Of a stretch of 64,000 nucleotides of DNA, positions 43,589 to 57,354 are shown piece after piece (within the stretch, counting starts at the first letter, position 1; the number at the start of each line of letters is the position of its first letter). The translations under genes and the position numbers were made by a program. Origin of the DNA: Mytilus trossulus (lineage: Eukaryota). The DNA lies in contig NC_086379.1 of the NCBI RefSeq assembly GCF_036588685.1, positions 80,166,001 through 80,230,000 on the forward strand, written 5' to 3'. Below the pieces are notes generated by a model. That model was not told the origin of the DNA. It did not search any database and saw only the letters and a program-made list of their open reading frames with translations.

Positions 43589-44477
43589 TGGTAACAGGAA
43601 ATCTTTATGCACATGCCACGGTGCTCATGTGGTCTTGAAATGTAAACAAAGAACTCGATGAATTTTATGAATCGTAATGAGATTGTCAAGTATTGAAATC
43701 ACACTTCCTTAATGGGTTTCCTTTCCAATATACATAACTTGTCTGAAAGCTTCAAAACCATTAAATCATATTAAATCACAATTTCTAGAAGTTGTGTAGA
43801 TTATGCTGTTTTTAGTTTCTGTATCAACATTCCATTTGTCACCGGATAGACACATAGGCCGTATATAAATAAATCGAATATGAATATACAAAACCTATAT
43901 TTCTTATTCAATAAGTATCCCAGTAACAATAGTATCGTAAAGAATATTAGACACTCTAATGTAATTTTCCCTCCGTCATGAAAACTATATGAATATAATA
44001 TAGAACTAGAAAACGTCCTATGGTTTAACGTCAAACCGTTTTCCGGAGCCAAAGCCTCTCCCATTATGCAGAACAGAAAAATATGATATGTGAGGATGTT
44101 TATTATTCAGAAAAGCTAAGGCAATTAAATCTATGAGCTAGAATGATCCCTTGTCAATAATGCTCTAAACTAATAGCATTTTGAACGCAATGGGACATAT
44201 ATATACATTTTTTTTTCAATTTCAGTCTAATAAAATGTTCTGAAAAATACATATTTCCAGACGATTCCGTATTATGGTTCTATTTGATTCATGTCTTGTC
44301 ATTTGAATTAAGTATAAATGTACCGAAATGATGACAAATTCTCTAAAATGGTTTTTTTTCTAGTTTATATTTAAAAATTGGACACATATATATTCTTAAT
44401 AGAATGATAGAATCATTTGCAACACGACATACTCAGGGAAAGATATTCATATTTGACACACGTTTGGGGTGTTTGGC

Positions 44478-44605
44478 TTTTAATCCTCCTCAACTTTGCA
44501 TTGCTTTGGCCTTCAAACTATTGATTTGACAGACACTTATGAGTCATAAGGACGAAACGCGTGTCTGACGACATGAATTGTAAGCAAGGTATCTTTGGTA
44601 AGTTT
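44478..44605 (+). mobile_element. Old retrozyme fragment; hammerhead remnant at 44531-44570
   Basis: CUUAUGA GUC-auaag-GAC GAAA CGCGUG UC UGACG; core G5 is lost. Confidence 0.6.
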
Positions 44606-46583
44606 GAAGCCCTTGACTGTTGTTAGCTGATTAACACAATAAATAGATAAACATTGCTAATAGCAGTAAAGCGTAGGAGAATACGGCTAGACAAGAGACT
44701 ATCAAAGGTGTATCTGACCTTACAGGCGAAATAAAAAATCTAAACGCCGAGGACATCTAGCCAATTATAGATGTGTAGGTTGAAGGCGCAAAAAAAAATG
44801 TCATCAACTAGTTTTTCTAATCATGCATTTAAACAAAATATGTCTATTTTCCCATTAAACAATGTCAATCAGTAACCATAAATCACACCAGCCAGGTTGT
44901 TAAGTATTTTTTGTTATATTCCATTTTTCCACGTGCCCCTCAATACCATCGAAGTGACCGATATGGTTATGGATCAACGCAGCACTGAAGGAAAAGTTGT
45001 TGTGAACAGTTCGACCAATTCCTCAAAATTAAGCCATTTGGTATAAATGAGGAGTCGAAGGCAAACAGATTTTGACATTTGTTTTTTAAAGATATGGTAC
45101 TGACTCTGATAGCTTCAGTTATTGGCCAAATGTTATGTCCTAGCCCTATAACCCTGTGTTATAGGCAATGAGAATAGTATTTTGAGAGCTTGCATTGAAC
45201 TTTCTGTTCACATAAAGAACCACGCACTTTTTTTGTTGAAATGAATGTTATATCTGTAACTTTAATCGTTTGATTTTCAATTTTTCGTGTAGTCAAAATG
45301 TTAATGTAAAATATATTGCTTTTTAAAGCAATGCTTGTTGCGCCACATAACAATAGAACCCACCAAATAAGGTAATATTGTGCATGGCTTATAGCTGAGA
45401 AAAATGTACGTCGCAGTTTACTGATTAGTATTTATAGAACACGTGAGTTATATGGATTTTTAAATTGTGTGACTTGTATTTTTACCAAATGTTCTTAAAA
45501 TTCTAAACAAGATACGCAAAATAATGACCAAGCTGGCACCATATTCATTAATATCGGTGAAAGTAAGAAACTGTTAATGAATAGCTAACTTCAAGTGACA
45601 GGATACGGGAAAGCTGAATGTCAATTAAAATGGTGATTTATTTACACAAGAGAGTAAAGGATCTTCATGGCATCAGAAAATTGTCAGGAATTCTACAGCT
45701 AAGATGAACAACACTCATTTATTAAAACAGAAATATCAAAACAACGCGAGGACTTGTTAACCATCTGAAAATCAATTGAGTACACCTTTCTTAATGCTTA
45801 ATTTATAGATTTGGTAATTTGAATGTCCTAATACATGTACTTTGGTGTGTATTTATTTATTAATGTTATGCTTCAAATACTGCTGAAAAAACTTCATACA
45901 ACCATTTTTTTGTGTAAGGAATTTCTTAAGAATTATTCCCTGTTTTAATGGAAACAAAGCCTGTTTGATCCTTCAGAATATTTTTACAATGAAAATGTAC
46001 GTATTTGGACATTTCCATAATGCGTTTCTTGATTATACGATTTTTTTGCATTTCATGGAAACTCTCGCTTGTATAGAAAAAAAAATCAGTAGTAATGATG
46101 CATTAATGTTGTTGCTCGATGGCTTTAAATGGATTCCTTAATCATGACAAATGGCTTTAAGCCACTGGAGTCCGTGTATGAGGTAGAATAGTGTTCCTTT
46201 ATTATATAACCTTTTATTCCATGTTATAAATTCTTAAGCAATCGTTCTGAAAAACAATACAATTATTCTCTCTGAAATGACAAAAGAGAACCCATTACTT
46301 CGTCATATTAAAAAGAAATGAATTTCAAATCAATTTAAAATGGTTAATGTTAAATAAATCGGAACACGAATTCAAATGTATGACATGAAATGTGTGCATA
46401 TACATTACTTTAACTTTATATGTATATATATATATATTGAAGTATATTTTTTTACTTAGAAACTATTCTTCGGGGTTTTGTTTTTTAAACAAACTAGATC
46501 ATGGACGACTCATCCTATATATTAATTATTTACGCAGTTGTTTATTTTAATTTAAACACAATTTGATGTAAAATACTATCAAA

Positions 46584-46759
46584 CAATAGTAATCAAAGGT
46601 ACTAGGTTTATACGTTGATACTCCAGACACGCGTTTCGTCTACATAAGACTCACCAGTGACACTCAGATGAAGATAGTTATGAAACAAAACAAGTAAAAC
46701 GTTGAAGAGCATTAGGGACCTAAAATTCCAAAAAGTTGTGCCAAATACGGCTAAGGTAA
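46584..46759 (-). mobile_element. Retrozyme fragment (subfamily 2); hammerhead at 46620-46663 with core A6-to-G change
   Basis: Minus strand CUGGUGA GUCU-uaugu-AGAC GAAA CGCGUG UC; collinear with 7157-7328. Confidence 0.78.
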
Positions 46760-46929
46760 ACAAACATGTTACTGCGATAACTTTTTGAAAAATAGTTTTA
46801 TATGAAATTCATCTCAAATTTATAGTGCAAAGACAAGAGTAGGGATTCCTTTGTTCATGCACTTAAATCGCGTTGTTTACGGTTCTTATGTTATTTTATG
46901 ACTTTCACATTCGATTTTGTTTGTTATCA

Positions 46930-47350
46930 TTTGTAGATGAAATGCGCGTCTGGCGCAAATACAACATTTCAATCATGGTGTCTTTGATGAGTGTTTTTAC
47001 AATCACTGGGAAATGCAACTGCTGGTGTAGTTTTTATTCCCCGAGGGTATCACCAGCTCAGTAGTCAGCACTTCTGTGTTGATATGGTCATTAAAATGAA
47101 TCAACTGTCCACAAAATAAAAAGTTTAAATACCCAGGCTTTTCTACCTAAGGAATATAATACCTTAGCAGTATTTGGCAAAACGTTTAGGAATTTTTGGT
47201 GCTCAATGCTTTCTTACTTCTTTATTTATTTAGTCTTTTTGATTTCTTTTAATTCGAGCGTCACATCTGAGTCTTTTGTAGACGGAATAAGAAACACGCG
47301 TCCGTAGCAAATACAAAATTTTAATCCTGGTAGCTAAGATGAGTTTATTT
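46930..47350 (+). mobile_element. Decayed retrozyme, ~1.2 units, with hammerhead remnants at ~46931-46956 and ~47257-47308
   Basis: Reverse complement of the 365-bp unit; ends at GATGAGTTTATTT like the other subfamily 1 copies. Confidence 0.75.
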
Positions 47351-49551
47351 GTGTATATTTGTCATTTGATAAATTTTGATATAGTGTAAACAATATTTTA
47401 TTATGAAAAATACATGGATAAATTATAAACACATTCACAATAAGGATCAAGAAAAAACAAACAACAGTTGCTTATATTAATCTGTCTCCTTAAATTTTGA
47501 TTTAATGGCAGATCTTTTATGATATTGTATGGCCGATGTGTTGAAAAACTTTTATTTCGTGTTGAACAAAATATGGTGTCAATTAGTTTTGGTCGAGCGT
47601 TTGGATTTGTCAGGTTTTAAGTTCGGGGATTTTACCTTGGGGTTTGGTATTTTCTTGAATACTTTATTTACAAATATATCGTGTTATAAAACCTTATGTT
47701 AGAATCCTGGATTTTAATTTGTTGATAGCTAGTGTGTTTTTCACCAATTTACTGTAATCAAATGAATATCGTTCATTTTTTTAACGCCGCCGGGTTTTTT
47801 GCCAATAGGAAATACCTTTATTTGCCAACAAATACTCTATCCGACTGGACGCTTTTAACGTCACGATCGTCAATGCGTTTTTTAACATAAACATTCGGTG
47901 TAATTATACAGATACATCATGTTCTTGAGAAGTATTTGCGAAAAAATCTAGTCTTGAGAATGAATTTCCCTCGTCTTACGGCTCGCGAAATTTACCATTC
48001 TCTCGACTGGTATTTTTCGCAAATACCACTCCTTAACATGATATATCTGTTTATAATAACATTTTCTAAATTCAAACGAAAATTGCATATGGGTCACTAC
48101 AAAGGAAAAAGAAAATGAACAAATAGAAAAGAATAGGTCGTCCAAATACTTAAGTTGATATATGCATTTTTGTAAGTAGTATTTTCATAAGTCAAAATCG
48201 ATCTAACTTATGATACTTTTAAGTTCGAACAGCGGTATACGTATGTTGCCTTTATTTAAAACATCTCAATTTACGTATGGTTATACTATTGTAATATCAA
48301 TTATTTATGATCTATATTATTTGTGTAAGAACAAAGCGATGCTGGTTGCAATATCTACTATATTGAATTCCTTTTTACAAACAATTCGAAGAATCGTTTT
48401 TTATAAAAGCGTAAGCAGGACGGCTTAAACCACCGCCGTATCAATATATATTTGTTTTAAAACCATTAAACAAAGCAGTTTTGTCAGATCATAGATCAAA
48501 TCGTATCCCCATGTAATCATTACCTCATAATACTAATATATCACGAATTATAGACAAATGTATATGAACATCTTAATCCCAAATGAGCAGCTTACATCGC
48601 AATTATTTATTTATTCCTTATGGGGCATACATAACAATCCATAAACATTATTTGTCTTGTTTGTGTAAAGGTTAATCGTTCAAATACCAATTGACAACAT
48701 ATTGTTTAAAAGGGACATCTGTCAAAGTCATTACAACCCAATTAACCCTTTAATTTGATTTGTTACACACTAAAATATTTACCAGAATTACGAAAATTCC
48801 AATAGAAACATGAGACAATGCAAAAACTAGTAATAAGGTATCAGCGTTTTGAGCTTATTTTAGACGAAGACGCCCTGTATTTAACTATTTAAATTAACTT
48901 CGGAGACTGTTGGTGGTTATTGGACCGATTTAAACATGAATATAAATAATTGTACCGGCAATTACTTTAGTTTGCCAACTCAACCATATATAGAACAATT
49001 ATTTAAAGTTAGTTCAAGGTGAAAAAGTTCGCGAATAGAATAAGCTGCTACAAAGTTATTTTGGGAGCCTTTCGAAATAATAATATTGAACTAATACGTA
49101 AGGTCTGCAAGACTAAAATTTTAAACACGAACAAACTGTTTGAACCTAGTCTTATATAGGATAAATCCCATTTGCAAATGTGTTTATGTAGATCTTACGA
49201 GTCCGTTTAACACTTCCTACTTGGGTGTTCTGAATATTCTTCTATGCAAAATAAATACTTTCATACCTTAGTTTTACCTTTCCTGTCCAGATTTTTGTCC
49301 TATTATAAAACACAAGTACTGGTAGGTGATTATTTTTATCAGGTTCATTGTATATGCTGTAAAACGGATTTGTGGAGCAGAAGACGGCCAAAGGCCACCT
49401 ATGAGTTTTTAAAGCAGGAAGAAAAGTTCGCATCTGGAGGCGAGCTTTAGTTGTCCCTTGAACAATAATGTTAACTCCTTTTACAATTTTTGGTCCTCAA
49501 TGCTCTTCAACTTCGTACTTTATTCGGCCTTTTTAACTTTTTGGGATTCGA

Positions 49552-49595
49552 GCATCACTGATGAATCTTTTGAAGACGAAACGCGCGTCTGGCGT
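49552..49595 (+). ncRNA. Type I hammerhead motif with G10.1-to-A change (retrozyme fragment 49485-49636)
   Basis: GCAUCA CUGAUGA AUCU-uuuga-AGAC GAAA CGCGCG UC UGGCGU; the first pair of stem II is an A-C mismatch. Confidence 0.7.
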
Positions 49596-51668
49596 ATATA
49601 CAAAATTTAGTACTGGTATCTATGATGAGTTTATTTGCCATTTACAAGGTGAAAGAATGGAAACTGTTCCGACAAATGATGTATATGTCCGGTTACATAT
49701 TTAACTAAGGCTAATACCACTGTCAGTAGATTAAATTTAGAATGGAAATGGGTTATGTGTCAAGAAGACAACAATCCGACCAAAGAGCTGAAAACAGACG
49801 AAGGCCACCTATGGCTCCTCAGCACAACATGATAATTCCGTACCCGGAGTTTTGCTTCAGCTTACCCTCTGTTTATTTGTCTAGAAGTATCACGGGAATG
49901 TTTTGACAGACCTTGAATAGCAATAAAAGCGCATTGTACAAATCACAAATGTTATTAGTTAATTACAAACAAAGAAAGAATTAAAGAGATTTGTAAATAA
50001 TATGTCGTTAATGAAATAGAATGTACAAGTTGTCACGGACGGACGTTGACTAGACTGTGACTTGTAAAATCAATCTTATCACGAAAAGAAACAAATAACT
50101 TGGGATGTATTTAGAACAATTAGGTAATTTTAATGTAAAAAAGTGTTCTTAAAAATTATCTTGGGTTGATAATATATCCGTTTTTTTCGTTTTGCATAAA
50201 GTAATTGTATCATATCCGAAAAGTGGCTATACATCACTGTGTAAATGGAAGCAAACCCTGTCATACCAAAACCATTTAGTGGTTGTTATTTGTAATAGAT
50301 GCATATACCCATTAGGGAAATCAAATAATCATTAACATCTATAAATTATGGCTAAATCATAAAGTCATCATCATTATTTTTTTCTTTTCCTTTAAAGACT
50401 ACCATTTATCATAAATATAACCCGAAATGTTCAATTGGAATGACATCTATAACAAGGGAACGATTTCTGTCAACCGTCAGCGTTATTGATGAAGTGGCCA
50501 TTTATGATTTTCTGGTATTGATTAACTAGAGATAATGGCTATTTTAACAGTAAACTTCCAACTTCATGGAAGACCACTCTTTTTCTTGATTCTTTAAAGA
50601 ATATTTTCTTTTCAACTTTTCGTTTGAGTACATAAAAAGATGTAATACAGCAAACAGTTTTTTTTCAAAATCCAAATTCACTTGTTTTTTTTTTTTAGGT
50701 TTTGCAAACTGCAATTATGTCACTATCTTTCCGATATTTCAGTATTTCCTATATATATACCATATAATTTCAAAGCAATAATGTCTACAAATTCATAATG
50801 ATCCATGTCCTGGCCATGCACGGTGTAGTGTAAAACTAACCGGTGCCTATTGAATGATGACCATTGAACAAAATGTTCAAACTTTTATTAATACAGTGAC
50901 ATATTTTTCTAATAACTACTGTATACTTACCAATGACATTTTTGTATCTATATTGGAATAGGGTAATGTGTAGATTTCATAAGTCGAAAAATTAACAGTC
51001 TACGTTGGGTTTAAAAACAAGAATATTCACATTGATCGAAACTCTGAGAATTGCATGTTGAAGTTTAAACCTTTTTAATGAAACAAGTGTACTATTAGTT
51101 CTATGTTATTTTCGATGTCTATCGAAGCAACATAACATTATCCTTTCACTATAAAAGTACATTAAATGCATAGATGAAAATTAAATCGGTTTGCTTGTGT
51201 TTAAATGATTATATATTCCCAAAATGATCCCTGATTGATGTCAATGCAAACGTCTATAGTCAAGTAATTTAAAAAGGAAACACTGAATAATGAACTGTTT
51301 AAACTGACGCCAGTTTGTAGTTCAGAAAATTTATTCTAAAAGATTTCACAATTAAACAAAAACAGCTTTAATGAATTAAATCTGCCGTCAAAGTTGTACG
51401 AGCTGTCAATACTATTGATGGTTGTTCACGTTAAAAAAGCATCTGTTAGTTTACTATAACCCAAATATGTTTTGGTAAATATACAAGAAAGTAATAAAAA
51501 GTATTACTCAGAGTTCAAATGAAGTCGATATAAGCAATTAAAGACCTCCCCACATCTAGTACAACTCTATAGCATTACCTGCATTAGGAGTTTAAGATAT
51601 GAAGAGAGACTAATTGTATCTGTCGTGACATGATTCGTGTGAATCTGAACGAGTATATGTAACCAACT

Positions 51669-52986
51669 AAATAAACTCATCATAGATACCAGGATTAAAT
51701 ACAAAATTTACGCAATACACGTGTTTTGTTTACACAAGACTCATCAGTGACTCTCGAATACAAAAAAAAGTTAAAAAGGTCATCTAAATTACGAATTTGA
51801 AGAGCATTGAGGATCAAAATTCCTCAAAGTTTTGCCGAATACAGCTATGGTTATCTACTCATGAGGTAGAACAGACTTAGTATTTCAAAATCAAAAAATT
51901 TTGTAAACAGTTAATTTATAAATATGACAATATCAATGATAATTCATGTCAGCATAAAAATGGTGACTACTGGGCTGGTGATACCCTAGGGGAATTAAAA
52001 CTCCATCAGTAGTGGCATCGACCCAGTGGTTGTAGATAAACTCATCATAAATACCCGGATTAAATTTTGTATTTACGCCATACGCGCGTTTTGTCTACAA
52101 AAGACTCACTAGTGACGCTCGAATACAAACAAGGTAAAAAGGCCAAATAAAGTACGAAATTGGAGAGCATTGAGGACCAAAATCCATAAAAATTTGCAAA
52201 ATACAGCGAAAGTAATCTATTCATGAGGTAGAAAAGGCTTATTATTCAAAAATTCAAAAGTTTTGTAAACAGTTCATTTATAAATATGACAATATCAATG
52301 ATAATTCATGTTAGCAAAAAAGTGCTGAAACCTTGTCTGGTCATACCCATGGGGAATCAAAACTCCACCAGGAGTGGCATCGACCCAGTAAGTGTAGATA
52401 AACTCATCATAGATACTAGTATTAAATTTTAAATTTTGTATTTAATCTATACGATGTTTTGTCTACAAAAGACTCACCCGTGACGCTAGAATCCAAAACG
52501 GTTAAAATGGCCAAATAAATTACGAAGTTGTAAAGCATTGAGGACAGAATTTCATTAAAGTTTTGCCAAATAGAGCTAAGGTAATATATTTTTGAGGTTA
52601 AAAATCTGTTGTATTTCAAAATTCAAAAGTGTTTAAAACAGTTAATTTATAAATATGACAATATCAATGATAATTCATGTTTGCATAGAAGGGTGACTAC
52701 TGGGCTGGTGATACCCTCGGGAAATGAAAACTCCACCAGCAGTGGCATCGATCCAGTGGTTGTAGATAAACTCATAATAGATACCAGGCCTCACGGTCAT
52801 AAAACTTTCAAGCATGATTTTTGCACTCAGACTCGAAAATCAACCAATCAAATTGCTGGATTTCATGTTTTGAGCATGATTTTTGTGCTCCAAGCACTGA
52901 GCAAAGTTTTATGCCTTCAAGGCCAGGATTAAATTTGTATTTACGTCAGACGCGCGTTTCGTCTACAAAAAAATCTTCAGTGACGC
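51669..52986 (-). mobile_element. Non-LTR retrozyme-type tandem array, ~3.2 units of ~365 bp, each with a mostly decayed type I hammerhead motif
   Basis: ATAAACTCAT unit starts at 51671, 52036, 52398 and 52766 (periods 365, 362, 368). The minus strand of each unit has a variant of gcgtca-CTGATGA-GTCT-tttgt-AGAC-GAAA-CGCGCG-TC-tggcgt. Confidence 0.85.
52788..52923. mobile_element. 136-bp MITE inserted into the 4th retrozyme unit, TSD CAG (or CCAGG); PIF/Harbinger-like
   Basis: The empty site in sister copies reads ATACCAGGATTAAAT; here it is ATAC-CAG-[GCCTCACGGTCATAAAACTTT...AAAGTTTTATGCCTTCAAGGC]-CAG-GATTAAAT. Confidence 0.85.
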
Positions 52987-55900
52987 AACTGATTGTTGAA
53001 CAAAAATTAGTAATATGTCTGATTCTTCTTGAAAAGTATAATGAGCAGTTTTTGTCATATGAAGAGACAAACACAACGCAAATGGTCAATCTTTCCAAAG
53101 CTATTTAAATGAGCAGTGAGTTAAAAAAGAGAACCGCTTATAACTAAGGTTGAAAAAATCCATTAGTAACATTGTTATTCAGAAATATAAGTACCATTTT
53201 TACACTCTCTTGGCAATAATAGTGTACGGTATCAAAACAGATCAGTATTTCCTAATAAGATTTGAATGGCCACTTCAACACTTCATGTTATAGAACTAAC
53301 TATGTTTTACTTTTATTTTCTACGATAATTACTGTCATAATGATATTAAATCGATAAATGAACCCAATCTGAATATTGAATGTGCAATAGCTACATCAAA
53401 CATAGACGGATTGGCTAAGATTCAACAGCAAAGGCTATATACTTAGCAAAGTATTTTTGCAAGTCCGTACGACCAGTGAAGATTTGAAATCCAATGTAGG
53501 AAAGTTTATGAGAGCTTACTTCAAAAAAATAAGATACTCAAATTCGGTAGACGGAGTTATCTTGATAAATGTGTATATATGTCATCGAAGATTTTTTGAA
53601 AATATACTACATGAATAACCAATACCGTACAAAAGGATAAATCCGATGGAAAGCATTTAAACTTCAACTGTATTAAAGCATGCATTTACAGTACAATTTT
53701 CACATTCAATTACTGCTTGATAAATACATGTACCAGGCTAATTTGAGGTTTATTTCCTTATTTATAAAACTGCATAATACCGTGCATCAAATAAATTTAT
53801 CTTCCCGAACTAGATGCATACATTGAAAAAAACTGAAATAAGAATTTATAGATCAAATTAAAATTGCAAATGGATACATTTCTTTATTTTATGTTCCGTT
53901 TCAGTGGATATCAATAACCAAGCTAACATCATCGTATAACGTTTTTGTTGTCGTTGCATAAGGTACAAACAATATAATATAAGGTTATACCTATCTTGAA
54001 TACAATACGTATGCGACAAAATGCAGTGTAATTTATTCAATCATTACTACGGTAGTGAATAGGTATTTTTGGATAGTTGTTATCCTCTCATTCCAATTTA
54101 TGTTATGTCCTTGGAATAATGAAGAAACACATCTAATCTTGGAAACTGTACATTTCAAGCACTTTGGACGTTATTATTTTCGGTAGCTATTCAATGAGCG
54201 ATTCTAGTCGGAAATGTCTGCGTTTATCAATTTTATAATCCTCGTCCATGTTTTTAAGCAAAAACCATTTAACTAAGCTGCCAGACTATGCATATTTAAC
54301 AAATTAAACTGAAGAATTTTTATTTTAGATAAAATGACATTTTAAGTGGCAAGTTGACGTTAAAAAAATAATCGCTTGTCTTGCAACTGTGATTTCAAGC
54401 TGTTCTGCTGCTGTTTTCAAAAAGTCTGTATACAAGAACTATTTTGAAAGTTCCAAATATGTGTTAGGCAATTGCTTCATTCAAACATTTGTCTGCTTGA
54501 CCCTTCACCAGACACACTTAGACCTATATATGTTTAACCTATATGTACTGAAGTAGTCTATGCTTACAAAATGGATAATGAGGAGTGATTAATAATAATC
54601 GGCACGATTTACATATCAGTATGATATGAATATGCAAGATGTTATATATACACTTGATCAACATAACGCGCACGGTTACCTATAGTATTACCCTAATCTG
54701 CTTCATTTGGACTTGTTGGTTTGTTGGCTTGTTCAATTGTTTCAATGTCAATTATACCACATTTCCTTATCTTATACCATTGATTCGGATTCATAAAGTT
54801 ACAGTACAGGCAGGCATGTCACTCTACAACGACATACTTTTCCGACTCCTATACGAATGTCGTAATCATAGGGGATAATTAACAAATACATCAATTTCAA
54901 TTCTTTATGAATCTCCAAAACATATTGCACTCGGAGCGGCAACGTTACCACGAGACCATGGCGTTGGATGAATGAAATAAAGTAGAAATAGTATTGCTAT
55001 ACAGTAATCAATTGACTATATGGAACTGTAAAGCAAGTTCATGATGTCATTCCGATATTGTACTAGAAAGAACCACAAGTCTCCAAATGATTGTCGTAAT
55101 AATTTAATGACATTTACAACGTAATTGGAAATTCAGCGATGTTACTTAATGACTAAGCCATCAAGTTATACTTTATGGCGTAAACTGAATTCATATTTGA
55201 CTAATAAAGAAGTAAACCCTTATCATATGGTGTTATGTCTAGGGACGCACCATAATTGCGATTGCTATTTATAACAAAAGTTTTGCAGTGCAATATGAGA
55301 TACATTATAGTTTTGAAGGTAGAATTCATCACTCCCTAGAGTGTGTTGTTTATTTTTCGTATATTGTAAAATACATATTGCAAGCGATTTCATTTTGATG
55401 TCATTAAATTAAGATAAACAAAAGGAACTTAGGCATCGTGTCAAGGTTTGTGGAATACGGGTTATGGAAAGCAAAACAAACATAAAATATAAAAACAATA
55501 TTGCAAAATTTGATTACTTTACAATGCTTGAATAACAAAATATTGTTATTGCTATTGTATTTTTTTTTATTCAATGGGTTAAAAGGGTTATTGAATTATG
55601 GCCACATTAACCTTTTTGTCCTGGATTAAAAGCTTAGCGAAAGGGATGTCCGTTTTTCTTTTCAGTGTACCACGAATATCATTCGAACAGCTAGCTTTTA
55701 TTTTTGATAAACGCAAATTTTTCAATGTCTTAAGATTCTTTCGTTGGTTTTCCGCAAGTAAACTTTATTTTCATATTGATATATTAATATGGAGTACTAA
55801 TTTATAAGCGATGAAGATAGATGATATAATGGTACTTTAGTTTTAGTCACATTGATGGCTTCAACGCGGAGCAAACACTCACGCTTCATAACAAATTAAA

Positions 55901-57033
55901 TTCAAGACGATTACTATTCTGGGTTAGAGCTAAATCATTTTATTTTAGATTGCGATAGCGCTACATTTGTGTATCGAATAAACCAACAGTTTGTTGATAA
56001 CAATAAATTACACGACTATACTGGGAACGAAATATAACAGCCATGTCTGTAGGATTAAACAATTTCGGAGTTCAAGTATGAGGTCTATTATCACTGAACT
56101 GGTATGCATATTTGTTTAGGGACCAGCTGAAGGACGCCTCCGGGTGCGGGAGTTTCTCGCTGCATTGAAGACCTATTTAGGGGTCAGCTTAAGGACACCT
56201 CCAGACGTGGGAATTTCTGCATTGAAGACCTAATGGTGACCTTCTGTAGTTGTCTGTTATATGGTCGGGTTGTTGTCCCTTTGACACAATTTTATTTAAA
56301 GTAGAATACAATGTGTCTTCGTAGAAGGTTGTAATTATAATGCATAGTCTGTGAATAGGGAAACAGCAGCATAAATTAAACGTGAACCATCTGACGTTCG
56401 TTCTTTGCAGATAGAACATATTGCCTTCCTTCGTGATCATATAAAAGCGATACTTTTGGATAGTTTTTATTGAGTGTTAAGAAGCAGTTTCCAATATTGA
56501 CATTTATATTACGTTTATATTGGTTACACAAACGTCGGAAGCAGTAAATTCTCAGTTTTATACGCACTAATTGTCTATCGATATACTTTATATTACAGCC
56601 TTTATTTATGACCGGACATAACAACCCAATTAAGTGAGGTTACAGTGTTCCTGGTCATACGATTCTATGTTAGACTTTCTCATGAGCAAATATGATACAG
56701 GAGATTGACTGAATGTTTACATTGTCAATACTCATGACGAAATGTTGTTCAGTCGAAAATAAAAAATAAATAAACTCATAGTCAAAGATCTAGAGCATAC
56801 ATCAATGAAGCAAAAAAGACCAGCCCAAAACAAACAATTTATTGACACACTTATGCCATTGGTTGTCAAGATTGACGATTATTTGATCAGTTTTACAAAC
56901 AACTTGGACACTGTTAGTCTAAGGTATCAAAATATCCACCGGCTTCACGTTTTAACTTTAAGTTTTAATCGTTTCAGGAAATACGAGTCATGGACAAATA
57001 CTTAATGAACAAATGCAGCACTTTCAATCTTAG

Positions 57034-57205
57034 AAAAAGAAAGATGTAGTATAGTATTGCCAATGAGACAACTATTCACAAGAGACCAAATGACACAGGA
57101 ATTAACAACTATAGGTCACCATACGGCCTTCAACAGTGAACAAAGGCATACCAAATAGTCAGATATAAAAGTTCTAGAAAATACAAATGTAAAAAACTAA
57201 CGGTT
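57034..57205 (+). repeat. Dispersed repeat family B copy, inverted relative to 57589-58072
   Basis: TTGCCAATGAGACAACTATTCACAAGAGACCAAATGACAC...AACAACTATAGGTCACCATACGGCCTTCAAC. Confidence 0.88.
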
Positions 57206-57354
57206 TAATTTTTAAAAACTTGTTCATCCCAACAATAAAAAGACAATAAAAAAGCTTTGTTGTATATAACAAAACATAAACCTGATATTTCTCTTCATTG
57301 TTCGTAAAATTTATAAATGAATCAGTATTACAAAACGTCAAATAAATCACATAC

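Noticed and set aside
50925-50945. ATG TCA TTG|gtaagt on the minus strand as another first exon
   Set aside because: Phase 0 does not match the phase 2 acceptor at 27762.
52422-53108. ORFs of 65-107 aa in the array, and similar ORFs at 5821, 18981, 19458, 29307 and 32887
   Set aside because: They lie in non-coding repeats or antisense to real exons and show no protein-like features.
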